From Candidatus Hydrogenedentota bacterium (lineage in GTDB: Bacteria > Hydrogenedentota > Hydrogenedentia > Hydrogenedentales > SLHB01), in contig CAXXTH010000012.1 of the NCBI GenBank assembly GCA_963668025.2, forward strand, positions 136,626 through 200,625: 64,000 bases of DNA, given 5' to 3'. Shown here one piece after another: positions 39,341-50,058 of this stretch. The first letter of the stretch is position 1. Each line of letters starts with the position of its first letter. The notes under the pieces were generated by a model. The model was not told the origin of the DNA. It saw only the letters and a list, made by a program, of their open reading frames with translations, and did not search any database. The translations under genes and the position numbers were made by a program.

Positions 39341-40270
39341 CTAGCCAGCCTGGGAAGTATCCCGAATCAAGCGGTTCAAGGTGATCGTCATCGCCAGTAG
39401 AAAGACCAGCATGGTCAGTCCGATGGCGCACGCATACCCCATACGTTGGAAGCTGAAACCATTCAAATACATATACAAGCCGGGAACAATGGTCCGGTAT
39501 CCCGGCCCGCCATCCTGGGTCAAAATGTATACCGATTCGAATCCATTCACGATCCCAATGATAGTCATGACAATCAGCAGCTTGACTTGCTGCATGACCA
39601 GCGGCAAATGGATATGGAAAATGCGCCCCACGGCCCCTAATCCATCCAGTTGCGCCGCCTCCAATAAGCTGGGGGAGATATTGCTTAAGCCCGCGTAATA
39701 GATGAGCACATTAAAGCCATGGGCAAACGGAAACCCCACAAAGGCTACGGCCCACAGCGCTGTCCTGGGATAACTGAGCCAGCCCTGCACCCAATTGCCG
39801 AGACCCACGGCATTCAGGAATTCCGTGAGAATGCCCGCATCCGAATAAATGTAGCGCCAGATCATGAAAACCACTACGCCCGGAACAATCATGGGCAGCA
39901 CCAAGGCGACCCGGCATAAATACGACATACGCTCCGAACGTAGATGAAAAATCATCTCGGCGACAATAAACGGGATCGTCATGCTGACGATAAAAACAAA
40001 ACAACCCAATTTCACTAAGTTCGATATGCTCTTTAGGAAAACAGCATCGCTCCACATCTCCGCGAAATTCGCCAAGCCTATCCACTGGCTTTCCGCGCCG
40101 ATATCGCTGCTGGTGAACGCGTAATACAACGCCGAACACGCGGGGATGTAATTGAACATCACCAGGAGCCCTACAGGCCCCAACAAAATGCCGTAGATCA
40201 ACCATAGCGGAGCTGCGCCCGCTTTGCGGGAACGGCCTGGTTTTCGTTGTTTGTTAATTGTCGAGTTCAT
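39341..40270 (-). CDS. Carbohydrate ABC transporter permease (MalF-like)
   Basis: IGLANF, SLLEAAQLDG, GGPG..T and MGYACAIG motifs. Confidence 0.93.
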   Translation of the reverse strand: MNSTINKQRKPGRSRKAGAAPLWLIYGILLGPVGLLVMFNYIPACSALYYAFTSSDIGAESQWIGLANFAEMWSDAVFLKSISNLVKLGCFVFIVSMTIPFIVAEMIFHLRSERMSYLCRVALVLPMIVPGVVVFMIWRYIYSDAGILTEFLNAVGLGNWVQGWLSYPRTALWAVAFVGFPFAHGFNVLIYYAGLSNISPSLLEAAQLDGLGAVGRIFHIHLPLVMQQVKLLIVMTIIGIVNGFESVYILTQDGGPGYRTIVPGLYMYLNGFSFQRMGYACAIGLTMLVFLLAMTITLNRLIRDTSQAG

Positions 40271-41828
40271 GTGTAAGACGGGCGCCCCTCTCCTGCCAAA
40301 CTTTGTCCATTTCCGTAAAATCCCATCCCTTTTCCTTCATATGGCTGGCTACCCAGCCCGCGAAATTGGCGTCTAGTATTCCAATATATTCTTCCAGCGT
40401 GATGCCGTCGTTCAGCCAGTCATCCATCATGCGCCGCCATTCTTTCTTATAGCGCCCATCCATGGAGTCCAGCCATTTGATCGCACAGTATCGGCGTCCA
40501 AAAATATCTTCAAACGGCTTCAGCTCTTCCTGCATGCCTGCGCCATTGATATTCGGAATATACAACATCGCTTCCGAAGTGAGTTGTTCAATGTTTTTCG
40601 GTGCGGTGATGTACATCAAGTAGTCTATGCAATCCTCCAGATTCTCATTCAGCTTGGCGCTGTTGGTCACATGCAATTGCACGGCCGCCCCGCCAATCAC
40701 CGTCGCTGGCGTCCCACTGCCATATGGGCTGGTTTCCTTTGTGATTGTGGGGATATACCCAATGCCCCATCGGAAATCGACATAAGGGTCCGTGCTTATC
40801 CGGCGGATGAACCACGAGCCTGTCCAATACATCGCGGCGCGTTTAGTGAGAAACAGGCGGGTCGGATCCGTATTCTTGATCTCCTTTGCCCAGTATTGCC
40901 GCCACTCATACAAAATCCGGTTCATTTCGCGCCAGCGGGGATCCCTGTGGGTAAAGAAGCCTTTGGTGATTAAATATCCCGCTTCATGAGGCTCCAGATA
41001 ATGAGTGAGATACGCTTCGGAAGATTTGGCGGAGGGTATCAAATCCAGGTCAGGCAAGATATCGTGATAAAGCATCTCAAAAATAATGTCTTGCCCCCAA
41101 TCCGAAGCCAGCGTGCTTCCGATGGGACACTCGGTGGCGATTGGCGTGATGCCCTGCTCCTGCAACCGCTTGCAGAGCGCGATCATCTCCTCCCATGTTT
41201 TCGGAAACTCATACGCCCCCACTTGCTCAAACAACTCTTTGTTATAGAATACGCCCGTCTCTACGATGTCTATGGATATGCAATAGAGCTTCCCATCGGG
41301 GGCGCGCTTCGCGTTGACCAGCGCTTGGTTTCGGAACAGATCAATCCAATGCTCATTCCCAGGAACATAAGGATTGGGCCGTTCGAGGTATTCATCTAGA
41401 GGGATATACCACCCCTTGCCCACGTCTGGCCAAGTGATCTCGGCGTTCGCATTGATAATCTCAGGCGCCACCCCGCCAAGGAGCTGCGTCTTCAGCCATT
41501 CCCCTTCGCTATTGCCCGAAGACACCATCTGTTGATATCGGATTTTCTTTCCTGCATGCAACGCTTCCCATGCATCGGCTTCTTCCCGAGCGGCCTTCAC
41601 CGGCTCGCCAATGCCTTGCGGAATCGTGCCTGGCGTGTACACATTGAGATCAACACGAATCGCATCATCAGAAGACTCCTCAACCAGAGGCTCCTGGGAA
41701 TCAAGCCCGCACCCAGCGAAGACGGAAATGACACATGCAAGCATTAGCGCCATCCGCCACATGCGGTTCTCAAAGACTAGAACTGCTTTTTTCATCTGTT
41801 CCACCTGTTTTTCTAGCGCATCTTTCAT
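40254..41828 (-). CDS. ABC extracellular solute-binding lipoprotein (CUT1)
   Basis: Lipobox VFAGC; DGKLY, VFYNKELF, PKTWEE and AAMY..GSW motifs. Start uncertain among several ATGs. Confidence 0.9.
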   Translation of the reverse strand: MKDALEKQVEQMKKAVLVFENRMWRMALMLACVISVFAGCGLDSQEPLVEESSDDAIRVDLNVYTPGTIPQGIGEPVKAAREEADAWEALHAGKKIRYQQMVSSGNSEGEWLKTQLLGGVAPEIINANAEITWPDVGKGWYIPLDEYLERPNPYVPGNEHWIDLFRNQALVNAKRAPDGKLYCISIDIVETGVFYNKELFEQVGAYEFPKTWEEMIALCKRLQEQGITPIATECPIGSTLASDWGQDIIFEMLYHDILPDLDLIPSAKSSEAYLTHYLEPHEAGYLITKGFFTHRDPRWREMNRILYEWRQYWAKEIKNTDPTRLFLTKRAAMYWTGSWFIRRISTDPYVDFRWGIGYIPTITKETSPYGSGTPATVIGGAAVQLHVTNSAKLNENLEDCIDYLMYITAPKNIEQLTSEAMLYIPNINGAGMQEELKPFEDIFGRRYCAIKWLDSMDGRYKKEWRRMMDDWLNDGITLEEYIGILDANFAGWVASHMKEKGWDFTEMDKVWQERGARLTHELDN

Positions 41829-41852
41829 ATATCACGTTTATAAAAGCCTATC

Positions 41853-43205
41853 TCATTCCATCCGCCGCAACGAACTCCATATATCGAGTGTTTCCTGCGC
41901 CATAGCCGAAATGCGTACTTTCTGATGGTTCTGGAGATTCGTGTGCAAGGCGTCCGCCAAAATAGTTGTCCATTTTTTGGGAAGCCGTTCCGCCCCGTTC
42001 ATCATGCCCACTATCGAGCCCACGGTGGCCCCATTGCAATCGGTGTCGAAACAAGGATAGACCGCGCGCGTGATAGCGGCCTCAAAATCTCCTCCGCTCC
42101 AGAGCAGCGCCATGGCCACGATTTGGGCATTCGAAATGGTATGGCACCAATCGTGGGCCAAAGACTCGTTCCATCGGGTATGGATGCGCCCACAACACGC
42201 TGCATATCCCAGCCCTTCCTCATGCCATTGAAGAACGGCGCGGATCCCCTCCGCCAAGCGGGATTTCACAGGGATCTCTGAAAGCCCTATTTGGATAATC
42301 GTTCGAATATCCGTCTCGGCGGCGCTTGCGGCAAGCATCGCCGCCACCCACATTTCACCATATATTCCATTTCGGCGGTGCGAGATGGATGCATCCCGCC
42401 ATGCAAATTCCGCGGCCATCTCGGGACGCCCCGCCGCCGCATAACCAAACGCATCCGCCCGAATCTGCGCCCCGATCCATTCCCGGTAGGGATTGCGTGT
42501 CATGGCGGAATGAGGAGGAACAATTTGATTGGCGAAGTTGCGATACGCCACGCGCTCAGCCGTGCAGGTGCTTAGCAGCGGAAGCTCCCCTTGCCAGCAG
42601 TCGGCCACATGCTCGGGCGTAAAACCGCCTCCGTGAAGCTTCAGTATCTTTTGCCCGATGACCGTATAATTCATGTCATCGTCGGACGGCATTCCCGTTA
42701 GCCCTCGCCCGAAATCCAGCACCCCCTCCAAGCCATGTTTCGCAAATACCGCCGATGGAATATCCATCCTCCATAGATAATCCGCCAGCCCTTCCGCGCC
42801 CCCCTCCGACAACAACGGCCATACAACGGTTGATGGGATCCCTTCAATCGGCTTGCCCAACAAACACCCGGCGCAGCGTCCCAGCCATGCCCCCATGAAC
42901 CGGTCAAGCAAAGCGGCTTCATCTAAATGAAATGATAATGCCCGTGGACCCTCGGGGCGCGCATTGCGTATTTCGTCCAACTCGGACGGCTCGTCATATG
43001 CATAACCAGCGGCGGGCGTCAATTCCTGGGCGTGATCGAGCAGGCGGTTGAATGCCGCCTGGCCCTCCCCGGCATCCAAATACGCGGCATCGCGGAGCGC
43101 TTCAAACTCCTCCCGCAACGGCGAAATATCCATCCCCTCATCGGTGAGCTGCCGCCGTTCCGTTTCCACATCCTGGGGCGTCCACCAAAGCCAATTATGC
43201 TTCAC
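41853..43205 (-). CDS. ADP-ribosylglycohydrolase-family protein
   Basis: GAWLGRCAGCLLGKPIEG, DDDMNY, TAE, NPYREWIGAQIRAD and DTDCNGATVGS motifs. Confidence 0.92.
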   Translation of the reverse strand: MKHNWLWWTPQDVETERRQLTDEGMDISPLREEFEALRDAAYLDAGEGQAAFNRLLDHAQELTPAAGYAYDEPSELDEIRNARPEGPRALSFHLDEAALLDRFMGAWLGRCAGCLLGKPIEGIPSTVVWPLLSEGGAEGLADYLWRMDIPSAVFAKHGLEGVLDFGRGLTGMPSDDDMNYTVIGQKILKLHGGGFTPEHVADCWQGELPLLSTCTAERVAYRNFANQIVPPHSAMTRNPYREWIGAQIRADAFGYAAAGRPEMAAEFAWRDASISHRRNGIYGEMWVAAMLAASAAETDIRTIIQIGLSEIPVKSRLAEGIRAVLQWHEEGLGYAACCGRIHTRWNESLAHDWCHTISNAQIVAMALLWSGGDFEAAITRAVYPCFDTDCNGATVGSIVGMMNGAERLPKKWTTILADALHTNLQNHQKVRISAMAQETLDIWSSLRRME

Positions 43206-43610
43206 TACTCATGATCCCCTTCGCAGACGTAACACCACTCGAATGCCTATATTCTTAAAAAGACCTACTCCCTATATCATGTTTTGACATATTGGTTTGT
43301 GTGTACTGCTCGTACCAGCCGTTACATAAACGCAGCATTCCAACAAACCAGGGAAAATACACATTACCACCGTATCGAATAATCAACAAAACACAGCATA
43401 GAACAAAAAAAGGAAATTAGCAAATAGGTAAAAATGCTGAAAAATAAGCTCAATTAGCATATTATCCGTCTGTTTTGAAAAATAACTCCCTGTACAATCG
43501 GCTATCCATCGTCTATAGTATAACTCTCATCCATCCAAACAAATTGAATGATACATCGTTATTTTTGCATTGTTATCTTCACCTAGACGGTATCCCCGTA
43601 AAGCCGCCGC

Positions 43611-44708
43611 CTAATAGCGCCCATAACTCTCGGCCACCTGTTGCATGATGCGGATATTCTCTTCCGGGGTGTCGCGTGGTGTTTGGTCGCCTGTGGAGAG
43701 GATGAATCCTCCTCCTTCCGCGGCGGCGTCTATCGCCTTCTTGCACGCATCTTCCACTTCCGAAGGCGAGCCCATCAACATGATCTTCGTCGTATGCAGA
43801 TTGCCTTTCAAGGCGAGCCTTCCGCCAAATTTCTCTTTAATCTCCGCCAAATCACAATCCCCCATGGGAGATTCCTCCAAAGGCTCGATGCTGGACAAGT
43901 CTGATTCCATCGCGGCCATTTCCACCAGCGCCCTTTCCGGCCCACAACAATGGAGATGGGTAGGCACATCATGGGACTTGGCAAGCCGCGTCAGCTTTTG
44001 TAGATGCTCTAGAACCAAATCCCTGAAAATAGGCGGTGGATTCGAGATCATCAATCCGCTGTTTCCAATCAACAACACATCAGGACGCCACGACAAAATC
44101 TCCTCCGCCGTCTTCATCATGTCCTCACCGGCTTTTTGGATATTCTCCCGGACGGATTCTGGCTTTTCATAATACGCATACGTATCCTCGGGCCAGAGTC
44201 CCAAACAGGGCAAACACACCATGGGCGCGACAACTCCCCGTTCTCCCACATATTGGCGGGCGTCTTCAAAATACTCCCGGCCTGTCTTGGAATAATTGGA
44301 CTTCACCCATTCATACTTTTCGTGGGTTTCTGGCAAGCCAATCAGCTCCGCTTTCACAAACGCGCTCGGCTCGTTCCGTGCATAAACCATGGCGAAAGGC
44401 GACCATTGCTTTCGCCCATCTTCTTCCGAAAACGACCGCGTGATCATCTTTTCCTGGTCTTGAAAAACAATGGCGGTATTTATTTCCTCTTGCATCGGCA
44501 CATACACCGGCACAAAGGCGTCCACCCCGAAATAAAAACTCGCGTCCGCGCGGGCCTTCCATACGGGCGGATCCTGGTAAACCAGCATTTCCCAAGAAGG
44601 CCGCCCGGACAGCCGGATGGGAATCATTTCATAAAGGTCCGGCGCGGCGGGCACATGATCCGGCTGTTTGTTTCGTATCGCGGCAATGAGCCGTTCTCTA
44701 GATGTCAT
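43611..44708 (-). CDS. URO-D/methylcobamide methyltransferase superfamily protein
   Basis: MTSRER..PDHVP, ISNP..FR, HLHCCG, K..FG..LALKGN and GGFILSTGD motifs. Confidence 0.88.
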   Translation of the reverse strand: MTSRERLIAAIRNKQPDHVPAAPDLYEMIPIRLSGRPSWEMLVYQDPPVWKARADASFYFGVDAFVPVYVPMQEEINTAIVFQDQEKMITRSFSEEDGRKQWSPFAMVYARNEPSAFVKAELIGLPETHEKYEWVKSNYSKTGREYFEDARQYVGERGVVAPMVCLPCLGLWPEDTYAYYEKPESVRENIQKAGEDMMKTAEEILSWRPDVLLIGNSGLMISNPPPIFRDLVLEHLQKLTRLAKSHDVPTHLHCCGPERALVEMAAMESDLSSIEPLEESPMGDCDLAEIKEKFGGRLALKGNLHTTKIMLMGSPSEVEDACKKAIDAAAEGGGFILSTGDQTPRDTPEENIRIMQQVAESYGRY

Positions 44709-44752
44709 GAATATGTTCCTTAAACTCTGGCGATATTTTCATCACCATTCCA

Positions 44753-46036
44753 TCATTTAACTGGTGCCTGCTTTTTGAGCACTTGCACGAGTTCGTCCTT
44801 CCATTGGCCGTTCACGCGCCGAATGCCCGCTTGCTGGTTGAATACTTGCTGGTCCTGATAGGCATAGATCCACCAGCCCGCAAAGCCATACTCTTCACAT
44901 TTCTTCAATTGCCATTCCAGCATCTCCGGCCCCGAACGGCCATCGATAGGAATGATGGTGGGCTTCATTTCTTCCTCGTGGCCTTGGCCTTTTAGATCCG
45001 TCGAAATGATCCGCGATGCATTTTCCTTGCCCAGTATCTCGACAATCCTCCGGAGATAGTAAAACCCATCGGGAGCCGGATCGCAGTAGCAATAGGTAGT
45101 CATCACCCAGTAGTCAGGGGGAAGCTTAAGATCATCCACAAGCCATTGCTTCAGATTTTTGAACGCGCCAAGGCGCTCCTCGGGAGATTTCGCCATCCAA
45201 TAGGGATCATTGGAGAAAATGGGATTCATAATCGGAGCGGCCTTCGGCCTTTTCCCCGCCGTTTTAAACGCGGGCCAGACATTCTTTATATATTTCTCCG
45301 TGTAAGCCAGCAGAGCCGGATTTAGCTCATTTCCCCACAGATCAGGCTCTGCCGTCCCCAGTTGGAAATGGCCCATCAGGCACCACATGGCGATATTCTC
45401 GGGATGGCGCGCATGGGATTCCACATACTCGATGATCTCCGTACACCACGTGGCGGATTCATCCCAAGGCGTATCATCGGCCACCGGCCAGGAAGGCTCT
45501 CCTGGATGCCCAATGTGTTTTTCCGTCTCTACCGAGTAGGGCACCCATCGGTTATCGGCCAGATCAAACTCCACGGAGATGCCCGCTTCATGGCAATCAT
45601 CCAAGAAAACCGCCACATTATCCAGATACGCCATATCAGCCCATTCGCCAATCGGCTGGCCTGCCTGAGGAGCTTGTGGGGGATGCGCTAATGTGAACGG
45701 AATCGGAATGAAAAGGTCGATGTAATTAATCCCGGCTTCCTTGGCCAAATCCTGCAACGCGGTTCGGATCCCTGCGCGGTATTCCCCGTCATACGCACTG
45801 AAGACTGGCCACGGGTAGCTGTCCATCCCGGCATGTTGAACGTTTGGATTAAAGAAGACGCCTCGAAGCAACGGGGGGGATGGATTTTTCTGAGTATCTT
45901 GATTCCGTAAAATTAATGGGCTGGCCGCTTCCTCGACGCCAGTCCCTTGAGCAGCCATCGAATTGAGCTGCAAGCCTACTCCAAGTACAGCCGACACCAC
46001 CAGGATTCTGCATACCGTTATAAAGCACATGGCCAC
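44753..46036 (-). CDS. Paralogue family X copy 2
   Basis: Signal peptide; LRGVFFNP, IISTDLKG and GFAGWWIYAYQD; AGGAGG SD before GTG. Confidence 0.8.
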   Translation of the reverse strand: MAMCFITVCRILVVSAVLGVGLQLNSMAAQGTGVEEAASPLILRNQDTQKNPSPPLLRGVFFNPNVQHAGMDSYPWPVFSAYDGEYRAGIRTALQDLAKEAGINYIDLFIPIPFTLAHPPQAPQAGQPIGEWADMAYLDNVAVFLDDCHEAGISVEFDLADNRWVPYSVETEKHIGHPGEPSWPVADDTPWDESATWCTEIIEYVESHARHPENIAMWCLMGHFQLGTAEPDLWGNELNPALLAYTEKYIKNVWPAFKTAGKRPKAAPIMNPIFSNDPYWMAKSPEERLGAFKNLKQWLVDDLKLPPDYWVMTTYCYCDPAPDGFYYLRRIVEILGKENASRIISTDLKGQGHEEEMKPTIIPIDGRSGPEMLEWQLKKCEEYGFAGWWIYAYQDQQVFNQQAGIRRVNGQWKDELVQVLKKQAPVK

Positions 46037-46067
46037 ATTGCCTCCTTTTCGCAGTACGCTTGAACCG

Positions 46068-47369
46068 TCACTTGCTCGAAGACTCCGGCTTTATAACCTT
46101 GATTAAATCCGTTTTCCATTCTCCATTCAATGTCCGAATGCCTTTAACGGCCTTCGGCCTGTCTTGATACTCCCATATCCACCAGCCCGCGAATCCATAC
46201 TCCGCACATTTCTGGAGATGCCACGCCAGCATTTCCGCGCCGGTATGGCCTTCTGGAATAATAGAATCCTGTAGTTCGGTATCATGCCCAGGCCCTTTGA
46301 GATCGGTGGAAATCAAGCGCAAAGCGTTCTCTTTGCCCAGTATTTCGACGATTTCCCGAAAATAATAAAAGCCGTCCGGCGCGGGATCACAATATGGATA
46401 AGTGGTCATCACCCAATAATCAGGCGGCATGGCGAGATCATCCGCAATCCACTTCTTCAGATTACGGAAAGCGCTCAGGCGCGCTTCTGGCGGCTTAGGC
46501 ATCCAGTACGAGCTGTTGGAAAAAATCGGCAGCATGATGGGCGCGGCCTTAGGCCGCTTGCCTGCCGCCTTGAACAACGGCCAAACCCGCTTTACGAATT
46601 CTTCGGCGGATTTGTTGATGGCGGGATTGCCGTCGTCATCCCAAAGAACGGGTTCGGATGCGCCCAACTGGTAATTCCCCATCATGCACCACATGGCGAT
46701 AGCTTCCGGATGTTTCGCATGCGATTCGATATAGGTGATCATTGCGCAATACCAGGTGGCGGATTCATCCCATGGCGTTTCATCGGGCATGGGCCATTTT
46801 CCCGAATTCGCCAACTGGCGCTCCGTATCAACGGAATAGGGCGCCCACATATTAGTCGCCAGATCAAGCTCCACCGCGATATTCGCTTCATGGCAATCAT
46901 CCACGAACGCCGCAATATTATTCAAGTAAGACACATCCGCCCACTCATCCAAAGCCTGGCCCGCTGTTGGCGGTTGCGCCAGAGTCTTCAACGAGAAGGG
47001 TATGGAAACGAAAATGTCCACGAGATTTATGCCCGCCACGCTGGCCAGTTCATGCAGCGCGGTACAAACCTGGCCGCGGTAGTCTGGGTAAGAACGCAGC
47101 CATACATCCCCGCCTAATGGCGCGGATAGCGGCAGCGCTTCCCATGATGCACCCTCATTGGCTTGGAATTGGGGATTAAAATACACACCCCGAAGAGCGG
47201 CCGGGGGCATAGGAGATTGCGTTTCTGGCGCTCCCGCATTGCTGGGTTCGCGTGCGCTATCGCCCTTATCCGCAACGGAAATCCCACAAAAAACGGCGCA
47301 CCACATGCATAGCGACGCCACAAGCCGGGCAGATGCTGATGTTTGCATGGCTGATTCATCCTTCTTCAT
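46068..47369 (-). CDS. Paralogue family X copy 3
   Basis: LRGVYFNP, LISTDLKG and GFAGWWIWEYQD. Confidence 0.8.
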   Translation of the reverse strand: MKKDESAMQTSASARLVASLCMWCAVFCGISVADKGDSAREPSNAGAPETQSPMPPAALRGVYFNPQFQANEGASWEALPLSAPLGGDVWLRSYPDYRGQVCTALHELASVAGINLVDIFVSIPFSLKTLAQPPTAGQALDEWADVSYLNNIAAFVDDCHEANIAVELDLATNMWAPYSVDTERQLANSGKWPMPDETPWDESATWYCAMITYIESHAKHPEAIAMWCMMGNYQLGASEPVLWDDDGNPAINKSAEEFVKRVWPLFKAAGKRPKAAPIMLPIFSNSSYWMPKPPEARLSAFRNLKKWIADDLAMPPDYWVMTTYPYCDPAPDGFYYFREIVEILGKENALRLISTDLKGPGHDTELQDSIIPEGHTGAEMLAWHLQKCAEYGFAGWWIWEYQDRPKAVKGIRTLNGEWKTDLIKVIKPESSSK

Positions 47370-47375
47370 TGCTAT

Positions 47376-48602
47376 TCACTTGCCACCTGACGCCTTCTCT
47401 GGCTTGATTGCCCGCACCAAATCCTGTTTCCATTCGCCATTCAGTGAACGAATCCCACTGGTTGCATGCGCCGTATCCTGGTACGCCCATATCCACCACC
47501 CGGCAAAGCCATACTCCGCGCATTTTTGCAACTGCCATTCATACACTTCAGGGCCAAAGTGTTCCTTGGTGGGGACAATGCAATCACTCATCTCATACTC
47601 ATGCCCCGGCCCTTTAAGGTCCGTGGACAGAATGCGGGATGCATTCTCTTTCCCGATGATCTCGACAATCCTGCGCAGATAATAAACGCCATCGGGCGCG
47701 GGATCGCAGAACGGATAGGTGGTCATGGGCCAGTAATCCGGAGGCAGGGCCAGATCATCCACCAGCCACTTTTTTACATTCACAAACGCGCTCAGGCGCG
47801 CTTCCGGCGGCTGCTTCATCCAATAAGCAGTCTTCGACAAAATCGGCAGCATATACGGCGCGGCTTTGGGCCGTTTCCCAGCAGCACGGAATGCGGGCCA
47901 TACGTTCTTGACGAATTTCTCCGTGTGCGCTATAACCGGCGAGGTGCTGCTCTCGCCCCAAAGCACTGGCTCCGAGCCGCCCAGGGTATAGTTGCCGCTC
48001 ATGCACCACATGGCGATATTCCCGGGATGCGCGGCGTGTGACTCCACATAATTGATGATCTGGCTATACCACTCGGCGGATTCATCCCACGGCGTATCAT
48101 CCGCCACCGGCCACCATGGATCGTTTGGTTTTCCTATATGATGCTCGGAGTCAACGGTATACGGTATCCACCGGTTATCGGCCAGATCGAGTTCCACGGC
48201 GATGCCCGCCTCGCTGCAATCGTCAATGAACAGCGCCACATTATCGAGATAGGCGAGATTCCCCCATTGCTCAATGGTCTGGCCCGCCTGGTTGCCTTGG
48301 CCAGGATTCAACAAGGTATGCGGAATGATGATGAACATCGCCACCAGGTTGATATCCGCCGTTTCATGCATCTCCTGGAGTATCGTGCGGATCTGCGGAC
48401 GGTATTGCCGGTAGTAAAGCTCAGAAAACACCGGATTGGAACCGAGCTGCGGATTGAAGAATACTCCACGAAAAGATGCTTGAGGTGAAGGCATATTCGA
48501 TAGGCCTTCCCCATATGCAGGCATAAACGCCATCATCAAAACGCATGTCAAAATAGCAAGAGGCTTCATTCTTGAGCGGTTCAAAATCAGATGCAACGCC
48601 AT
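47376..48602 (-). CDS. Paralogue family X copy 4
   Basis: FRGVFFNP, ILSTDLKG and GFAGWWIWAYQD. Start moved to ATG 48602 (GAGGA SD); 48569 is an alternative. Confidence 0.8.
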   Translation of the reverse strand: MALHLILNRSRMKPLAILTCVLMMAFMPAYGEGLSNMPSPQASFRGVFFNPQLGSNPVFSELYYRQYRPQIRTILQEMHETADINLVAMFIIIPHTLLNPGQGNQAGQTIEQWGNLAYLDNVALFIDDCSEAGIAVELDLADNRWIPYTVDSEHHIGKPNDPWWPVADDTPWDESAEWYSQIINYVESHAAHPGNIAMWCMSGNYTLGGSEPVLWGESSTSPVIAHTEKFVKNVWPAFRAAGKRPKAAPYMLPILSKTAYWMKQPPEARLSAFVNVKKWLVDDLALPPDYWPMTTYPFCDPAPDGVYYLRRIVEIIGKENASRILSTDLKGPGHEYEMSDCIVPTKEHFGPEVYEWQLQKCAEYGFAGWWIWAYQDTAHATSGIRSLNGEWKQDLVRAIKPEKASGGK

Positions 48603-48643
48603 GTCTATCCTCACCCCGTGCAGCCAAGCCCGTTTTGAATGTG

Positions 48644-48670
48644 GTGGCATGGGCGGGATGGCCATGCCAC
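48644..48670. repeat. REP-like palindrome GTGGCATGGGCGGGATGGCCATGCCAC
   Basis: Matches 39302-39325. Confidence 0.75.
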
Positions 48671-48751
48671 GGAAAAGAAGAATCCAGTTGCTTTGCTGCA
48701 TCCAATCGTGAACCGCTCCATATCGTTCCCGCATGAGGACATCTCCTGTCA

Positions 48752-50020
48752 TTACTTGCTGCCAGTGGCTTGTTTGACGGCGCGCACGAGCTCCTGCTTC
48801 CATTCCCCTTTAATATCGCATATGCCGCTTGTTGAAGCCTCGGTGTCTTGATACGCCCAGATCCACCATCCCGCGAAACCATACTCCGCACACTTTTGAT
48901 AATGCCATTCATATGCTTCAGGGCCAAATGGCTTCTCGATGGGGATAATGCAATCGCCCATTTCAGATTCATGCCCGGGCCCTTTGAGGTCCGTGGAAAC
49001 TATCCGGGAAGCATTCTCTTTCCCGAGTATTTCGACAATACGGCGCAAATAGTAGAACCCATCGGGCGCGGGGTCACAATATGGATATGTCGACATGGGC
49101 CAATAGTCAGGCGGAAGGGCTAAATCATCCACCAGCATCTTCTTCAGATTAAGGAAGCCGCTGAGGCGCTCATCGGGCGTCTTGGCCATCCAATACGGAT
49201 TCTTCGAGAAAATGGGAAAGACATACGGCGCTGCCTTGGGGCGTTTTCCTGCCTTTAAGAACGCGGGCCACACGTTCTTGACAAACTTTTCCGTGAACGC
49301 CTTGATGCCGGGATTGCTGTCGATATCCCAAAGGATCGATTCTGAACCGCCCAACGAGTAATTGCCGCCCATGCACCACCAAGCGATGCTCTCGGGATGT
49401 TTCGTTTTTCCTTCCACATATTCGATGATCTGGGTGTACCAAGTAACAGACTCATCCCAAGGCGTATCGTCGGCTATGGGCCAGCATGTGTCTTTTCCAG
49501 GCGGCTCATCGGGAACACCCACACGGTGATTGGCCGTATCCACGGAATACGGCACCCACATGTTGTTGGCCATATCGATTGCTGCGGAAATCCCAAACTC
49601 ATGGCAGTCATCGATAAATAGCGCTACATTGTCTAAATAATCCATATTGGCCCATTCCGCTAAAGGCTGGCCAGGCTTGGGCGCTTGCTTTGGAACGGCA
49701 AGCGAATAAGGGATCATCAAAAAAAAGTCGAGTAAGTTGAGATTCGCGTCACGAGACATTTTTTCCAGATCCGCCCGGACACGCTCCCGGCAAACCGTGT
49801 AATGCAGCAGCCACGGATATTCACTGGCCCCATTTATAACGGGATTATAAAAAACGCCGCGTAATCCAGAACCTAGCGCGGGCGTATTGGCAGAGCTTGC
49901 ATCCAATGCGGCGCTTCCGGGGGAATCCGCATCCCCCGTGGCGGCGCACCCCGATGAGCTGGGCAGAACCGCCCACAGGCATAATGCCACTACCATCGGC
50001 ATGACAATCAATCGCAGCAT
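48752..50020 (-). CDS. Paralogue family X copy 5 (possible lipoprotein)
   Basis: LRGVFYNP, IVSTDLKG and GFAGWWIWAYQD; signal ending SSGC. Start 50020 (AAGGAG SD) or 50059 (TAATG coupling). Confidence 0.8.
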   Translation of the reverse strand: MLRLIVMPMVVALCLWAVLPSSSGCAATGDADSPGSAALDASSANTPALGSGLRGVFYNPVINGASEYPWLLHYTVCRERVRADLEKMSRDANLNLLDFFLMIPYSLAVPKQAPKPGQPLAEWANMDYLDNVALFIDDCHEFGISAAIDMANNMWVPYSVDTANHRVGVPDEPPGKDTCWPIADDTPWDESVTWYTQIIEYVEGKTKHPESIAWWCMGGNYSLGGSESILWDIDSNPGIKAFTEKFVKNVWPAFLKAGKRPKAAPYVFPIFSKNPYWMAKTPDERLSGFLNLKKMLVDDLALPPDYWPMSTYPYCDPAPDGFYYLRRIVEILGKENASRIVSTDLKGPGHESEMGDCIIPIEKPFGPEAYEWHYQKCAEYGFAGWWIWAYQDTEASTSGICDIKGEWKQELVRAVKQATGSK

Positions 50021-50058
50021 GGCTTCATCTCCTTCTTCCGCACGAGTTTCTCTTCCCA

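Noticed and set aside
37088-41828. Missing ATPase in the CUT1 ABC operon
   Set aside because: This is common; CUT1 systems often share an ATPase encoded elsewhere.
43611-44708. hemE assignment for the URO-D-like genes
   Set aside because: The HemE RQAGR motif is absent, an HxC metal motif is present, and there is no tetrapyrrole context.
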